Below, piece after piece: positions 1-8,567 of a DNA stretch of 64,000 bases (positions within the stretch are counted from its first letter, which is position 1; each line of letters opens with the position of its first letter). Source of the stretch: a virus. The position numbers were made by a program, and so were the translations under genes. The DNA is taken from the IMG/VR virus record IMGVR_UViG_3300045988_041382, positions 1 through 64,000 of that record; one strand, given 5' to 3'. Below the pieces are notes generated by a model. The model had not been told where the DNA came from and did no database searches. It was given only the letters and a program-made list of their open reading frames with translations.

Positions 1-283
1 CCGCCTGTGCCGCAGCCCATGCCGCGTCATCCTCCGCCATCTTCTGGCGGATGCGGCTGTCCTTCTCGGTAACGAGCTTTACGGCGTTCTCCGTCAGGCG
101 CACCAGCAGCCCCGCTGTGCCGATGGGTACGTTTTCGGCTACGTTGGCGGCGGCCACGCCGTCATACTTGTCCTCCTCGCCCTCCTTGGGCATCACCGCC
201 GCGCATATCACGCCGCAGGCGTTCCGCACAAATACGCGCTCTTCTCCCGTTTCCATGTCCAGCACGGTCACTCGAAATGCCAT
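1..283 (-). CDS. hypothetical phage protein, N-terminal part (gene runs off the left edge)
   Basis: ATG at 283 with an AAAGGAG upstream. The frame stays open to position 1 (MAFRVTVLDMETGEERVF...). Same strand as, and directly after, the YqaJ gene. Confidence 0.5.
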   Translation of the reverse strand, partial: MAFRVTVLDMETGEERVFVRNACGVICAAVMPKEGEEDKYDGVAAANVAENVPIGTAGLLVRLTENAVKLVTEKDSRIRQKMAEDDAAWAAAQA

Positions 284-307
284 TTCATTTCTCCTTTCGT
301 TTTTCAC

Positions 308-988
308 TTAAAGTCGTAATATTGCCGCCGGGGGTACCCCGTTGAGCACATTGTTTTGGTAAAAGTCCGTCTCCTTTTCCAGCAGCCACGCCATGTCCGT
401 CTCCTGCTCCGCCCTCTCGAAGTGATAGGTGCGTATGCTCAGATCGCCGTCCATGTTTTCCAGGCTTGCCATCAGGTCTACGAACTCGTACCCGGTCGCC
501 AGCATTTGGTGCAGGAGCTGGCAATAGTAGTGGCTGGGTATCTGTCCGTCCCACTTCGCCCATCCCGCTTTGCCGTTTGGTGAGCTGGTCTTTATCTCCA
601 AAATGCCCTTCCGCCCTCGCTCGTCAGTGACCTCTCCGTCAAGCGTGGCGAATATAAAGGGCCGTTCTTTCTGGTACAGAATGTCGTAGGGGTAGTAGTC
701 CACTGTGCGTCCCGGGTGTATGGCCGTGTACAGCCCACGCAGTGCCGGTTCCATCCGCACGCCGCGGCTCACCGCCGCGCTGCCGCTCAGATCCTTGGCT
801 TTCTCCGCGCCCACCTTCAGCCGCCACAGCTCCAATTTCGACATCCACGGGGACATCCCCACCACCGCTGCGGCTTCACTGGCGCCTATGCCCTGCATAC
901 GTCCTGCCAACCAGTCCTCCCTGTTCTCAAAGTGCAGCCGTTCCGTTTTCCTCCATCTCCTTCCTGCAAATAAAAAGAGCGCCGCCAA
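308..988 (-). CDS. YqaJ-like viral recombinase-domain exonuclease
   Basis: 226-aa ORF. GIGASEAAAVVGMSPWMSKLELW matches the YqaJ N-terminal signature. Sits in a phage recombination-module context. Confidence 0.85.
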   Translation of the reverse strand: MAALFLFAGRRWRKTERLHFENREDWLAGRMQGIGASEAAAVVGMSPWMSKLELWRLKVGAEKAKDLSGSAAVSRGVRMEPALRGLYTAIHPGRTVDYYPYDILYQKERPFIFATLDGEVTDERGRKGILEIKTSSPNGKAGWAKWDGQIPSHYYCQLLHQMLATGYEFVDLMASLENMDGDLSIRTYHFERAEQETDMAWLLEKETDFYQNNVLNGVPPAAILRL

Positions 989-1057
989 GCTGTTCGGAAT
1001 TTCCGAACCACTCGACGACGCTCCGCCCTTCCCGCCAACTGACTTAGGCGGGGTACA

Positions 1058-1588
1058 CTATTTGGTTTTCAGCTCGTCCCGCTTCACCGCGACGACCTTT
1101 ATCCGATCCTTGAGAGGGATGATCTCTATCCGCTGTCCCTTCGCCAGCGCCAAATTGATGGCGAATACCTGCTCTACAGTAAGGTTCATGCTCACGTTGG
1201 CTCTCCTCTTCTCTTGATTGCCGGTGACAGAAACTTCTTTCATCCATTTCGGCGAAATTCTATAACGGTTTGCCTGGCACCCCGTTTTCCCAGCATTATC
1301 CGCTTGATCTGTGCAAAGAATTATTGCTTCAGCACAAATGAGTTTCCTTCTGTACCTTTCGAATGATGACGGTGGAATGTGGTACTTTTTCTCCGCCAAT
1401 CCTTTGGAAAAGCTAAACTGTTCGCAGTCCTTGCTCTCCATGACCATACAGATAAATAATCTCTGCGCGCCTATTCCCAACTCACAAAACTCCCTATTTG
1501 TGTAGAGTATTCTGCTGATCTGTGCAAAAACCGGAGTATCTTCAAAATACTGCGAGGGCGTCCACGTTTCAGCACCAGAAATCTTCAT
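1058..1588 (-). CDS. hypothetical DNA-binding (winged-helix-like) protein, possible replication initiator/organizer
   Basis: 176-aa ORF directly downstream of a 650-bp repeat array. The segment KKYHIPPSSFERYRRKLICAEAI looks like an HTH/wHTH. The function is inferred from position only. Confidence 0.5.
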   Translation of the reverse strand: MKISGAETWTPSQYFEDTPVFAQISRILYTNREFCELGIGAQRLFICMVMESKDCEQFSFSKGLAEKKYHIPPSSFERYRRKLICAEAIILCTDQADNAGKTGCQANRYRISPKWMKEVSVTGNQEKRRANVSMNLTVEQVFAINLALAKGQRIEIIPLKDRIKVVAVKRDELKTK

Positions 1589-1599
1589 GCGAGCATCTC

Positions 1600-2250
1600 A
1601 CCTCCCATTCAGTGCGCCTCCAAGCGATTCCATTCCGTTGCTATTCTGTGCTATACATAGTTTTCCTTGGCTTCTCGATGCACCCCAGTGAAATTCCATC
1701 GCACCGCAAATCGTCTCAATGCATTACCATCGCTGGCCAGCGCGATACTGTTCACTTCAATGCCTTTGCCCTACGTAGCGCATCTACTCAAAGCCGTTCC
1801 TTTGCTGCGCGATACCCTTCCTCGCCATTCCCTTGCGTCTCTCAGCATCGCCTCCCGGTTGTGCCAATCCTTTGCTTGGCAATGCCCCTCTTCGCGGTTC
1901 CTTTGCTCTGCAAATCTCTTCGCTTCTATGCTCATCTCAGCCTTTGCCAAGCATCTCCTCGCCAAGCTGACCTTTACCATCGCGTTTCTTCTCGCAGCCG
2001 TGCTTCACCATTGCATTCCCAATCCAAGCGAGGCTTCACCATTGCTCTGCGCATCTCTGCGATTCTCTGCTGTTCTCTGCTCTCCTCTGCCTTTGCTGGG
2101 CTGTGCGGTTCGTAGCTGTTCCCTCGCTGTGCCTACCGATGCGTATCCTCGCTACACCGTTGCTACGCAATCCATTTCGTTGCCTTTGCTTCACGCTGCC
2201 CTTCTCCGCACTTCCGTCGCATTGCTTTTCGGCGCAAGGCCATACCGTTG
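1600..2250. repeat. degenerate iteron-like repeat array (candidate origin)
   Basis: No credible ORF. CCTTTGC recurs at 1763, 1799, 1869, 1900, 1941, 2090 and 2183 (variant at 1830), with 31-41 bp spacing over the first six. TCTCTGC recurs at 10-bp phasing over 2054-2090. Confidence 0.5.
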
Positions 2251-2252
2251 CG

Positions 2253-2846
2253 TTACGCGATCTCCTCCCAGCGGAACCGACCCTTTCCGCTGTTCCGCCA
2301 CTGGCCGATGCCGGAGAACCGCCCGTAGTCCAGCCACTCCCGCACGGCTTTCTCGTGGTCGTCGCACAGAAGAATGATGGTAAACTCACACGTTGCCCCC
2401 GCGGGAATCTGCTCTGACAACGCCAGACTCACGCGCTCACCCTGAGGCCCCTGCACACGCAACGGGCGGCCGCACTCTCCCATTTCGCCGTCAAACAGGA
2501 TGGGAATGTTCCGGGGTTCCACAAAAACCAATTTGTCAATTTCTTTTTTGAACGCCTTGATGCCGCTGGACACGCTTCCCTTGACCTTTCGCAGCCCGCC
2601 GCAGGTATCCTTAAAGAACCCCCTGATCTGATAGTCGTAGAAGAACGGCGTTCCGTCGTCCAGCTTCGGGAAGATGGTCTTGCCCTTCTCCACCACGCCG
2701 TCCACGCCAATGGCGGCCACTTCGTCCTCAAGGGTGTTGGCATCCGGGGACTTGCTGGCGATGAATGTCGTGTAGATGTCAGGATCGCCGGGGCAAGTGC
2801 CCAGAACCGGCTCGGTAAACGTCAGTTTCACTTTGATCTCTTTCAT
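2253..2846 (-). CDS. hypothetical protein with RAMP-like glycine-rich C-terminal motif
   Basis: ATG at 2846 with GAAGGAG 9 nt upstream. N-terminus KVKLTFTEPVLGTCPG; C-terminus GIGQWRNSGKGRF. Confidence 0.6.
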   Translation of the reverse strand: MKEIKVKLTFTEPVLGTCPGDPDIYTTFIASKSPDANTLEDEVAAIGVDGVVEKGKTIFPKLDDGTPFFYDYQIRGFFKDTCGGLRKVKGSVSSGIKAFKKEIDKLVFVEPRNIPILFDGEMGECGRPLRVQGPQGERVSLALSEQIPAGATCEFTIILLCDDHEKAVREWLDYGRFSGIGQWRNSGKGRFRWEEIA

Positions 2847-2878
2847 AATTGTGTACTCCTTCAAATTAAAATTTTTGT

Positions 2879-3070
2879 TTATTTATAAAGCCCCAGGGCT
2901 TTACAGCTTGTCCACGCGCCCACCAGGGCGGCTCCCGCGAGAAGCAGCAGCCACAGCGAGCCGCCGTTCTCCACCTCTCCGATGATGCCCCACGCCGCGA
3001 AGCTGCTCACGCCAAGCAATACCTTCCACTTCCGGTCACGCCGGCGCTCACTTCTTGTCCTGCTCATCAT
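2879..3070 (-). CDS. small membrane protein
   Basis: 63-aa ORF with a basic N-terminus followed by two hydrophobic segments. Lies in an operon with its neighbours. Confidence 0.5.
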   Translation of the reverse strand: MMSRTRSERRRDRKWKVLLGVSSFAAWGIIGEVENGGSLWLLLLAGAALVGAWTSCKALGLYK

Positions 3071-3218
3071 TGTCCTCCTCTATGTACGGTTCTCCGCACA
3101 CCGGGCAATACATATCCCGGCGTACCTCTATGCCGTTCTCCCCGTCCAGGTTCTCTTTCCTCTCCCGGATCACCGGCGCGTCAAACCTCACGCCGCATAT
3201 CCTGCACCGCCAGCTCAT
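3048..3218 (-). CDS. small zinc-ribbon protein
   Basis: Not in the ORF track (56 aa): MSWRCRICGVRF...MYCPVCGEPY, with two CxxC pairs. Its start overlaps the upstream stop (ATGA). Confidence 0.45.
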   Translation of the reverse strand: MSWRCRICGVRFDAPVIRERKENLDGENGIEVRRDMYCPVCGEPYIEEDNDEQDKK

Positions 3219-3457
3219 AGCGTGATGGCCGACCGCAGGTCGTCTATGGAGATGTGCAGCGCCCGGCAGGCTTTCTGAAGCTCCCGTACCGTGAAGTCCA
3301 GAGGGTCTTTCTTCCGCTGCCGCAGCGTCTTGGGGGTCATTCCCAATGCTGCGGCCAGCTCCTGCTTCTGCACGCCCTCTGTCTCCATCGCACCGTACAG
3401 CAGCGCCACGATCTTATGCTCCGTTGGGTTCACGCCCAAGGGCTTCACTCTCGGCAT
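3215..3457 (-). CDS. helix-turn-helix DNA-binding protein
   Basis: 80-aa ORF. QKQELAAALGMTPKTLRQRKKD is an HTH-like segment. Confidence 0.65.
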   Translation of the reverse strand: MPRVKPLGVNPTEHKIVALLYGAMETEGVQKQELAAALGMTPKTLRQRKKDPLDFTVRELQKACRALHISIDDLRSAITL

Positions 3458-4281
3458 TTTCTCCCCTCCTCACCATTTGGCTTTCTGTCCATGACTGCTT
3501 GGATGCCTCGCGAGGTCAGAACCTCGTGGATCAGCATCCGACCTTTCTGCGTCCACTGTGTTTGCAGCGTCGAATCGTACCGACCATCAGAACGAATAAA
3601 CTGGATGGTCTTAGACTTGGTGTAGCCCTTTCCCATGTACCGCTTGTAGAGGATCCACTGCCCATTGACGTTGCGCTGAATCCCTGCCTCGTAAAGGATT
3701 TTGTTAAGAGCCTTTGCACTGAGGTCGTAATCCGCTGCCACTTGAGAGGTGGCCATCGCCGACTGGCTCTCAAGTATCTCGTCCACATACTGGCGGATGG
3801 GTTCAAAATCCGCGATAGCCTGCGCCTGCCTTTGATTTTCTGCCAGCAATTTTAGTTTCTGCTCCTCGGCATCGGCGAGAGCACGAAGAGCGGATGGGTA
3901 GTCCTGCGGTATCATGTAGCCGCCAGTCTTGCGGATGCTGGGAAGTACTTCCGCCGTCACCCAACGCTTGAACTGGCGAAGCTGCGCTTGACGTTTTGCA
4001 ATATACTCATCGCATACGCCACGCGCCTTTTCAGGTTGCATAGCAAACAACGCGGAATACAGACCCGATTCGTTTACGATGGTCATGTTTTGCTTACCGC
4101 CGGGGGTGGAGATTTGTGACACACCCTTTTCATCGTCCTCCAAACGACCTGCAACGCGCCGATAATTCGTTTCGCCAAAAGCCTCGCATACATCTTTCAG
4201 CACAAACCACGGTTCTTCGTTTACAGTGACGGTTCGGATGTCCCCGAACTCCGGGTTATTGAATACCCGCATCTCGTTCAT
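3445..4281 (-). CDS. phage antirepressor (Bro-N N-terminus, KilA-C-type C-terminus)
   Basis: N-terminus FNNPEFGDIRTVTVNEEPWFVLKDVCEAFG is Bro-N-like. The C-terminus SQVAADYDLSAKALNKILYEAGIQ is KilAC-like. Confidence 0.85.
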   Translation of the reverse strand: MNEMRVFNNPEFGDIRTVTVNEEPWFVLKDVCEAFGETNYRRVAGRLEDDEKGVSQISTPGGKQNMTIVNESGLYSALFAMQPEKARGVCDEYIAKRQAQLRQFKRWVTAEVLPSIRKTGGYMIPQDYPSALRALADAEEQKLKLLAENQRQAQAIADFEPIRQYVDEILESQSAMATSQVAADYDLSAKALNKILYEAGIQRNVNGQWILYKRYMGKGYTKSKTIQFIRSDGRYDSTLQTQWTQKGRMLIHEVLTSRGIQAVMDRKPNGEEGRKCRE

Positions 4282-4490
4282 TTTCTCCCCTCTCCCTTCA
4301 TCAGTTCATCCAGCGTACAGCGGTACAGCGCAGACAGCTTGTGCAGAACTGCCACCGAAGGATCAGCCTTGCCTGTCTCATAAAGGCTCACCGCTGAAAC
4401 GCTTATCCCCAGCAGATCTGCCACCGTTTTCTGCGAATATCCGGCTTTCTTTCTTTGCTCCTTATAACTCAATCTCTCATCTCCCATCAA
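4278..4490 (-). CDS. Cro/XRE-family transcriptional regulator
   Basis: 70-aa ORF. KKAGYSQKTVADLLGISVSAVSLYETGK is a classic XRE HTH. Divergent from the cI-like gene. Confidence 0.85.
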   Translation of the reverse strand: MMGDERLSYKEQRKKAGYSQKTVADLLGISVSAVSLYETGKADPSVAVLHKLSALYRCTLDELMKGEGRK

Positions 4491-4714
4491 AAATAATTGA
4501 GAAATACTTGACTTTTCCTGAAATTCGCCTTATTATGTGGTTGTCTGTTCAAATAACTTAGCAAATTCCACTTGATTTGGGTGAAGCATCTCTCTATATC
4601 TGCTCAATTTATTTTGCGTGTCTTTATATTAACTCAATATTTGCTCAATTTCAAGAGCAATCTACTTCATTTTTCAATGTTTGTAGCAATGCACAATTTT
4701 GGAGGTATACTTTT
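4491..4714. promoter_or_regulatory. divergent immunity-switch region with promoter and repeated operator half-sites
   Basis: AT-rich. TTGACT-17nt-TATTAT at 4508-4536 on the plus strand. CTCAAT/ATTGAG half-sites recur near 4498, 4603, 4633 and 4644. Confidence 0.55.
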
Positions 4715-5068
4715 GTGAATGGTGAACTGTTCGTTTACAAGATTTGGCAATTATGCAAAGCCAAGGGGCTGACAAAAGCCGAGTTCTATGAAACTGCCGG
4801 CATCACTCCATCGGCAATGGCTCTCTACAAAAAAGGAAAGACCAAACCATCAATGGACACTCTTCGCGCTATTGCGCGCGTTCTGGAGATTGACGTCTCT
4901 TATTTGCTGACCGAACTTTACGGCGATGAAACAGAAAAAGAGCCCGCTTCCCAACTGGAAAGCGAACTCGATTCCGCGCTTGTTAAGTTGCTGTGTTCTC
5001 TTACGCCTACTGAACTGGCGCAGGTGCAGGGCTTTGCCGCAGCGCTGATAGCAGCTCGTAAAGCCTGA
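4715..5068 (+). CDS. cI-like XRE-family repressor
   Basis: GTG at 4715, 9 nt after GGAGG (4701-4705). HTH segment KAKGLTKAEFYETAGITPSAMALYKKGK. The ORF-track start at 4577 lacks an RBS. Confidence 0.75.
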   Translation: MNGELFVYKIWQLCKAKGLTKAEFYETAGITPSAMALYKKGKTKPSMDTLRAIARVLEIDVSYLLTELYGDETEKEPASQLESELDSALVKLLCSLTPTELAQVQGFAAALIAARKA

Positions 5069-5351
5069 CCTTTTCCTCCATCGTCAGGGTGGAGACCAGT
5101 TTCTTCGCTTCCTGCTCGTTCATTTCTCTGCCCCCTCGTATGTCGTTTTGTGGCGTTTGCTTGGTTCAATCGTACTCTATGCGTGCCCCGGTGTCTACGC
5201 TCATTTTGGGGAATCACTCCCCAATTTGGGTAATTGGCGCTCTTAGGCCGATCCATATCTGGGAAACTGCTACCCAAATACGGAAATTTACGGATGAAAT
5301 AAGATCCGCAGCGGATGAAATAGTATCCGTTACCGATAGAAAGGGGAAATC

Positions 5352-5969
5352 ATGTCAGAAATTCAGGAAATCGCGCAGCATATTCAGGACTTCCCTGCCC
5401 TTGTCCGTAAAGCCAGAATGGACAAGGGCATCACCAACGAGGAACTGGCCGAATTGTCCGGCATCAGCTATTCCGCCGTCTGCAAAATGCAGTCCGGCGA
5501 GCGCGATCCAAAGCTGTACGATGCTGTCGCGGTGATGAAAGCCGTCGGCATCTCCGCCGATCAGACGTTTGAGATCCAACCCCCTGCGTCCGCCCCATCC
5601 GCCATGCGGGAACGCATACACGAGCTGGAGTTGGATAACGCCGTCAGCTCCGGCAACGTGGTGCGCCTGAAGCAGGTCAACGGACTTTGCACCCAGCGCT
5701 TGGATGCTGTTATCCGCCAGCGCAATCATTACAAACGCTGGTCTGTGTTTTCTTCAATTTTTGCCGCGATCCTATCCCTGTTCTTAATTGTTTACCTTTT
5801 TTTCGACTTCCGCAACCCCCATGCTGGCTTTGTCCTCCAGGACGGGCCTACAGCGTTTGCGTGGCTTGTTATCCTTCTTACGCCTGTTTCTATCGTCGTG
5901 TGCAGCCTTGTCGGATACCGTGCGCTGCGCGATGCTGAAAAAAATATAATCGAGCAAAATAGAACATAG
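5352..5969 (+). CDS. membrane-anchored XRE-family regulator
   Basis: N-terminal HTH (KGITNEELAELSGISYSAVCKMQSGE) plus two C-terminal hydrophobic helices. Confidence 0.75.
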   Translation: MSEIQEIAQHIQDFPALVRKARMDKGITNEELAELSGISYSAVCKMQSGERDPKLYDAVAVMKAVGISADQTFEIQPPASAPSAMRERIHELELDNAVSSGNVVRLKQVNGLCTQRLDAVIRQRNHYKRWSVFSSIFAAILSLFLIVYLFFDFRNPHAGFVLQDGPTAFAWLVILLTPVSIVVCSLVGYRALRDAEKNIIEQNRT

Positions 5970-6170
5970 GTTCTACTGTGTTCTAAATTATATATCACAA
6001 GTTTCCTGGTTTCAATGCACACATATCACAAGTTTTTTGAGATTTTTTGTTAAAAAAAGAAAAAGCCGCCCAATCGGACGGCTTTTCCATATAAGCTCTA
6101 TTCCCGCCAACACCATCACGAGTCTTAAAGAAAGGAGCCTACAACAGTAGGGTAACACGAAAATATCAAA

Positions 6171-7289
6171 ATGTCAACGAAATGCAAGTCCTGTAAGCGC
6201 GAAGTCCCCGACAACGCCACGTTCTGCCCCTGGTGCGGCCAGAAGCAGGTGCGGGAGCGAAAAAAGGACGGCGTTATCAAGGTGCCGGAGCCGAAGCAGC
6301 TTCCATCCGGCAGCTGGCGCATATATCTCCGTGCCGAGCAGCAGTCTGTCACCGAACCTACCAAGGATCGCTGCATCGCAAAGGCCAAAGCCATCCGCGC
6401 CGGCTTTGTGGAGCAGCAGAAAAAAGCCAAAGACCAGCCGCTTCTGCTTTCTGAAGCCATTGAAAATTATATCACGCGCCGTACCCTTCTCTCTCCCAAC
6501 ACTATCCGCGGCTACCGCATCTATCAGAAAAACCGCTTCAAGTCTTGCCAAGGGGTCAACATACGCGAGCCGGTGGATTGGCAGTCGTATATAAACGAGG
6601 AGGCCGCGCTCTGCGCCCCAAAAACGCTGAAAAATGCCTGGGGGTTTATCAAATCCGTCTTAGAGGAAAACGGCATCGCCGCTCCAAAAGTAACGCTTCC
6701 AAAGCTCCCCGTTTCCGAGCATAAGTGGCTCACGCCGGAGCAGATCATCGTATTCTGCAAAGCCATCGAGGGCAAGTCCTTCGAGAAGGAAGCGCTTTTT
6801 GCCCTCCACAGTCTGCGCCGCGGAGAACTGCTGGCCCTCAAATGGGACGACATAGATTTTAAGTCCGACTCCTTCCGTGTTCATGCCGTCATCGCGCAGA
6901 ACGAAAAGAACGAGTATGTGGAGAAGATAACACCCAAAACCAAAAAGTCAAATCGTGTCGTCCCCTTTATGATCCCCCGCCTCCGCCAGCTCCTCAAGGA
7001 TGAAAATGGTCCAAAGGGCAAGCGTGTGTCGTACCAGCCGCCAAACGGACTCTGGCGCAAGATCAACGATGTCTGCGAAGCAAACGGACTTCCCAAAGTG
7101 GGGGTACATGGTCTGCGCCATAGTTTCGCATCCCTGGCCTACAGTCTCGGCTTCAAGGAGGAGGAATGTATGCGTATCGGCGGCTGGTCAGATTACAAGG
7201 TCATGCACGAAATATATACTCACCTCGCCGCCCGCGACTTAAATGCCCGCGTCAGGGAGATGGAAAATTTCTACAAAGAAAATCTGTGA
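6171..7289 (+). CDS. int: tyrosine integrase with N-terminal zinc ribbon
   Basis: N-terminus CKSC...CPWCG. C-terminal catalytic box HGLRHSFASLA...GGWSDYKVMHEIYTHL (HxxR...Y). Confidence 0.9.
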   Translation: MSTKCKSCKREVPDNATFCPWCGQKQVRERKKDGVIKVPEPKQLPSGSWRIYLRAEQQSVTEPTKDRCIAKAKAIRAGFVEQQKKAKDQPLLLSEAIENYITRRTLLSPNTIRGYRIYQKNRFKSCQGVNIREPVDWQSYINEEAALCAPKTLKNAWGFIKSVLEENGIAAPKVTLPKLPVSEHKWLTPEQIIVFCKAIEGKSFEKEALFALHSLRRGELLALKWDDIDFKSDSFRVHAVIAQNEKNEYVEKITPKTKKSNRVVPFMIPRLRQLLKDENGPKGKRVSYQPPNGLWRKINDVCEANGLPKVGVHGLRHSFASLAYSLGFKEEECMRIGGWSDYKVMHEIYTHLAARDLNARVREMENFYKENL

Positions 7290-7426
7290 CCGTCTCAGGT
7301 CCGCTTTTCGTGTGTAAATCCGTGTGTAAAAACGCAGGAAAACCCCGTTCCAGAGCGCACCAAAAAAGCAGCAAACGAACCGATAAGTTTTATGCCAAAA
7401 ATGCGCAAACCCCTTGAAACAACAAG

Positions 7427-7457
7427 AAATCCCGCAGTCTCAACGACTGCGGGATTT
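7427..7457. terminator. bidirectional hairpin terminator
   Basis: AAATCCCGCAGT-N7-ACTGCGGGATTT, a 12-bp perfect stem with A/T runs on both flanks. Confidence 0.55.
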
Positions 7458-7466
7458 CCCTTCATT

Positions 7467-7494
7467 TGGCAGCGGGAGAAGGATTCGAACCCTC
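7467..7494 (-). other. tRNA 3'-end remnant (T arm + acceptor + CCA), candidate att core
   Basis: The reverse complement reads GAGGGTTCGAATCCTTCTCCCGCTGCCA. No matching 5' acceptor strand lies upstream, so this is a fragment rather than a gene. Confidence 0.5.
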
Positions 7495-7561
7495 ACTTTT
7501 CCTTATAAACCTGTTGTGCCACAACGCTTCCGAAATTCGTGTGCATTTTTGTGTGTAAAAA

Positions 7562-8236
7562 TCACTCCTCGCACCACCACACCGTTTCCCTCCTGGCACC
7601 CGCCACGGCGGCCTCCTCATGGGTCATCAGTATGTCAACGTGTTTTCCTATTACGCCCACGTCCAGGGCGATGTATGTCTTGTCTCCAATGATGACCGTG
7701 CTGCCGGTCGGTATCACGTCCGGGTCGGTCGCCACGCAAAAGCCGGGATATACCCACTGGCCGCTGGCGGTCAACACCCGGCCAAACTCGTCCTGGTTCA
7801 TGTGCGCGTACTTCTCAACGCAGTCTGCACAATAGCCGGTAATAATGCAGTCCTCCAGCACGTTGCTTTTGACCTTTATCGCCTCCCGTATACGCTCGGA
7901 CTCATCCGGTGATTCTGCTGCTATATCGTCCGCGTCGCTGTCTGCGATGTCAGCCGCTCCCCATTCTAAGCGCAGGACGGTGTTCGTGGTCTCTACCGGC
8001 ACTTTGTCCTCTGCGATGGCTCTCCACGGGGCGATCAGCGCAAAGATCAGGGAAACCAGCAGTACAGCCTCCAGCAGCAAGTGCTTGTGTTCCCGACGCA
8101 CAACGCGGCGATACTCCGACCGCATAACAACAAACGGTCCGGGGCATAATCCGAACTCGCCTGCACGGACAATGTTCTCGCTCATTGTTTTATAGACTAT
8201 CTGTTCCCTTCTTGTCATTGGTTTTCTTCTCCTCAT
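7562..8236 (-). CDS. 3D-domain (cell-wall-binding/lytic transglycosylase-like) protein with N-terminal TM helix
   Basis: TASGQWVYPGFCVATDPDVIPTGSTVIIGDKTYIALDVGVIGKHVDI matches the 3D-domain pattern. Alternative starts at 8218 (RBS GAGGAG) or 8185. Confidence 0.8.
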   Translation of the reverse strand: MRRRKPMTRREQIVYKTMSENIVRAGEFGLCPGPFVVMRSEYRRVVRREHKHLLLEAVLLVSLIFALIAPWRAIAEDKVPVETTNTVLRLEWGAADIADSDADDIAAESPDESERIREAIKVKSNVLEDCIITGYCADCVEKYAHMNQDEFGRVLTASGQWVYPGFCVATDPDVIPTGSTVIIGDKTYIALDVGVIGKHVDILMTHEEAAVAGARRETVWWCEE

Positions 8237-8348
8237 ACAACGGACACCCGCAGTTTACAAAATCGGCGCAATAGGGACTATCCCCATTGAAGCACGCCCA
8301 AGTCCACTCCTCGTGCCACTTGCAGCCAACACAGCATTTGCTTTTCAT
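8190..8348 (-). CDS. small Cys-rich protein
   Basis: 52 aa, not in the ORF track: MKSKCCVGCKWHEEWTWACFNGDSPYCADFVNCGCPLY. Its ATG overlaps the upstream stop (ATGA). Confidence 0.4.
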   Translation of the reverse strand: MKSKCCVGCKWHEEWTWACFNGDSPYCADFVNCGCPLYEEKKTNDKKGTDSL

Positions 8349-8548
8349 GTCCTCACCTTCTTACTCAGTCTGTTCCAGCTTGCCGTAGCGGCGCTCTGGC
8401 TCCACCCAGACAAGGTGAACCCACAACTCGCGCAGCGCACATAGTACCGTTCCGGCACATGAATACCGATTTTGCGCTCCCCGCTGTCTCTTCCGCAGTG
8501 GGGACATACCTCCAGTTTCCCGCTGGGTTTTCTGTTGTACTGGTTCAT
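8345..8548 (-). CDS. Lar-family restriction-alleviation-like zinc-ribbon protein
   Basis: CPHCG...CASCGF, with the family-typical C-terminal AATASWNRL. Confidence 0.65.
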   Translation of the reverse strand: MNQYNRKPSGKLEVCPHCGRDSGERKIGIHVPERYYVRCASCGFTLSGWSQSAATASWNRLSKKVRT

Positions 8549-8567
8549 GCGTTATTTTCCCTCACTT

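Larger units (their letters stand above)
1..7500. mobile_element. right arm of a temperate phage/prophage (early genes, immunity switch, integrase, att-like tRNA remnant)
   Basis: Gene content and order: minus-strand early genes, divergent Cro/cI-like pair, integrase, then a tRNA 3' fragment. Confidence 0.55.

Noticed and set aside
1667-2377. 236-aa plus-strand ORF over the repeat array
   Set aside because: Its apparent length comes from the repeat array. It is oriented against the operon, overlaps the 3' end of the 2253-2846 gene, and has no RBS.
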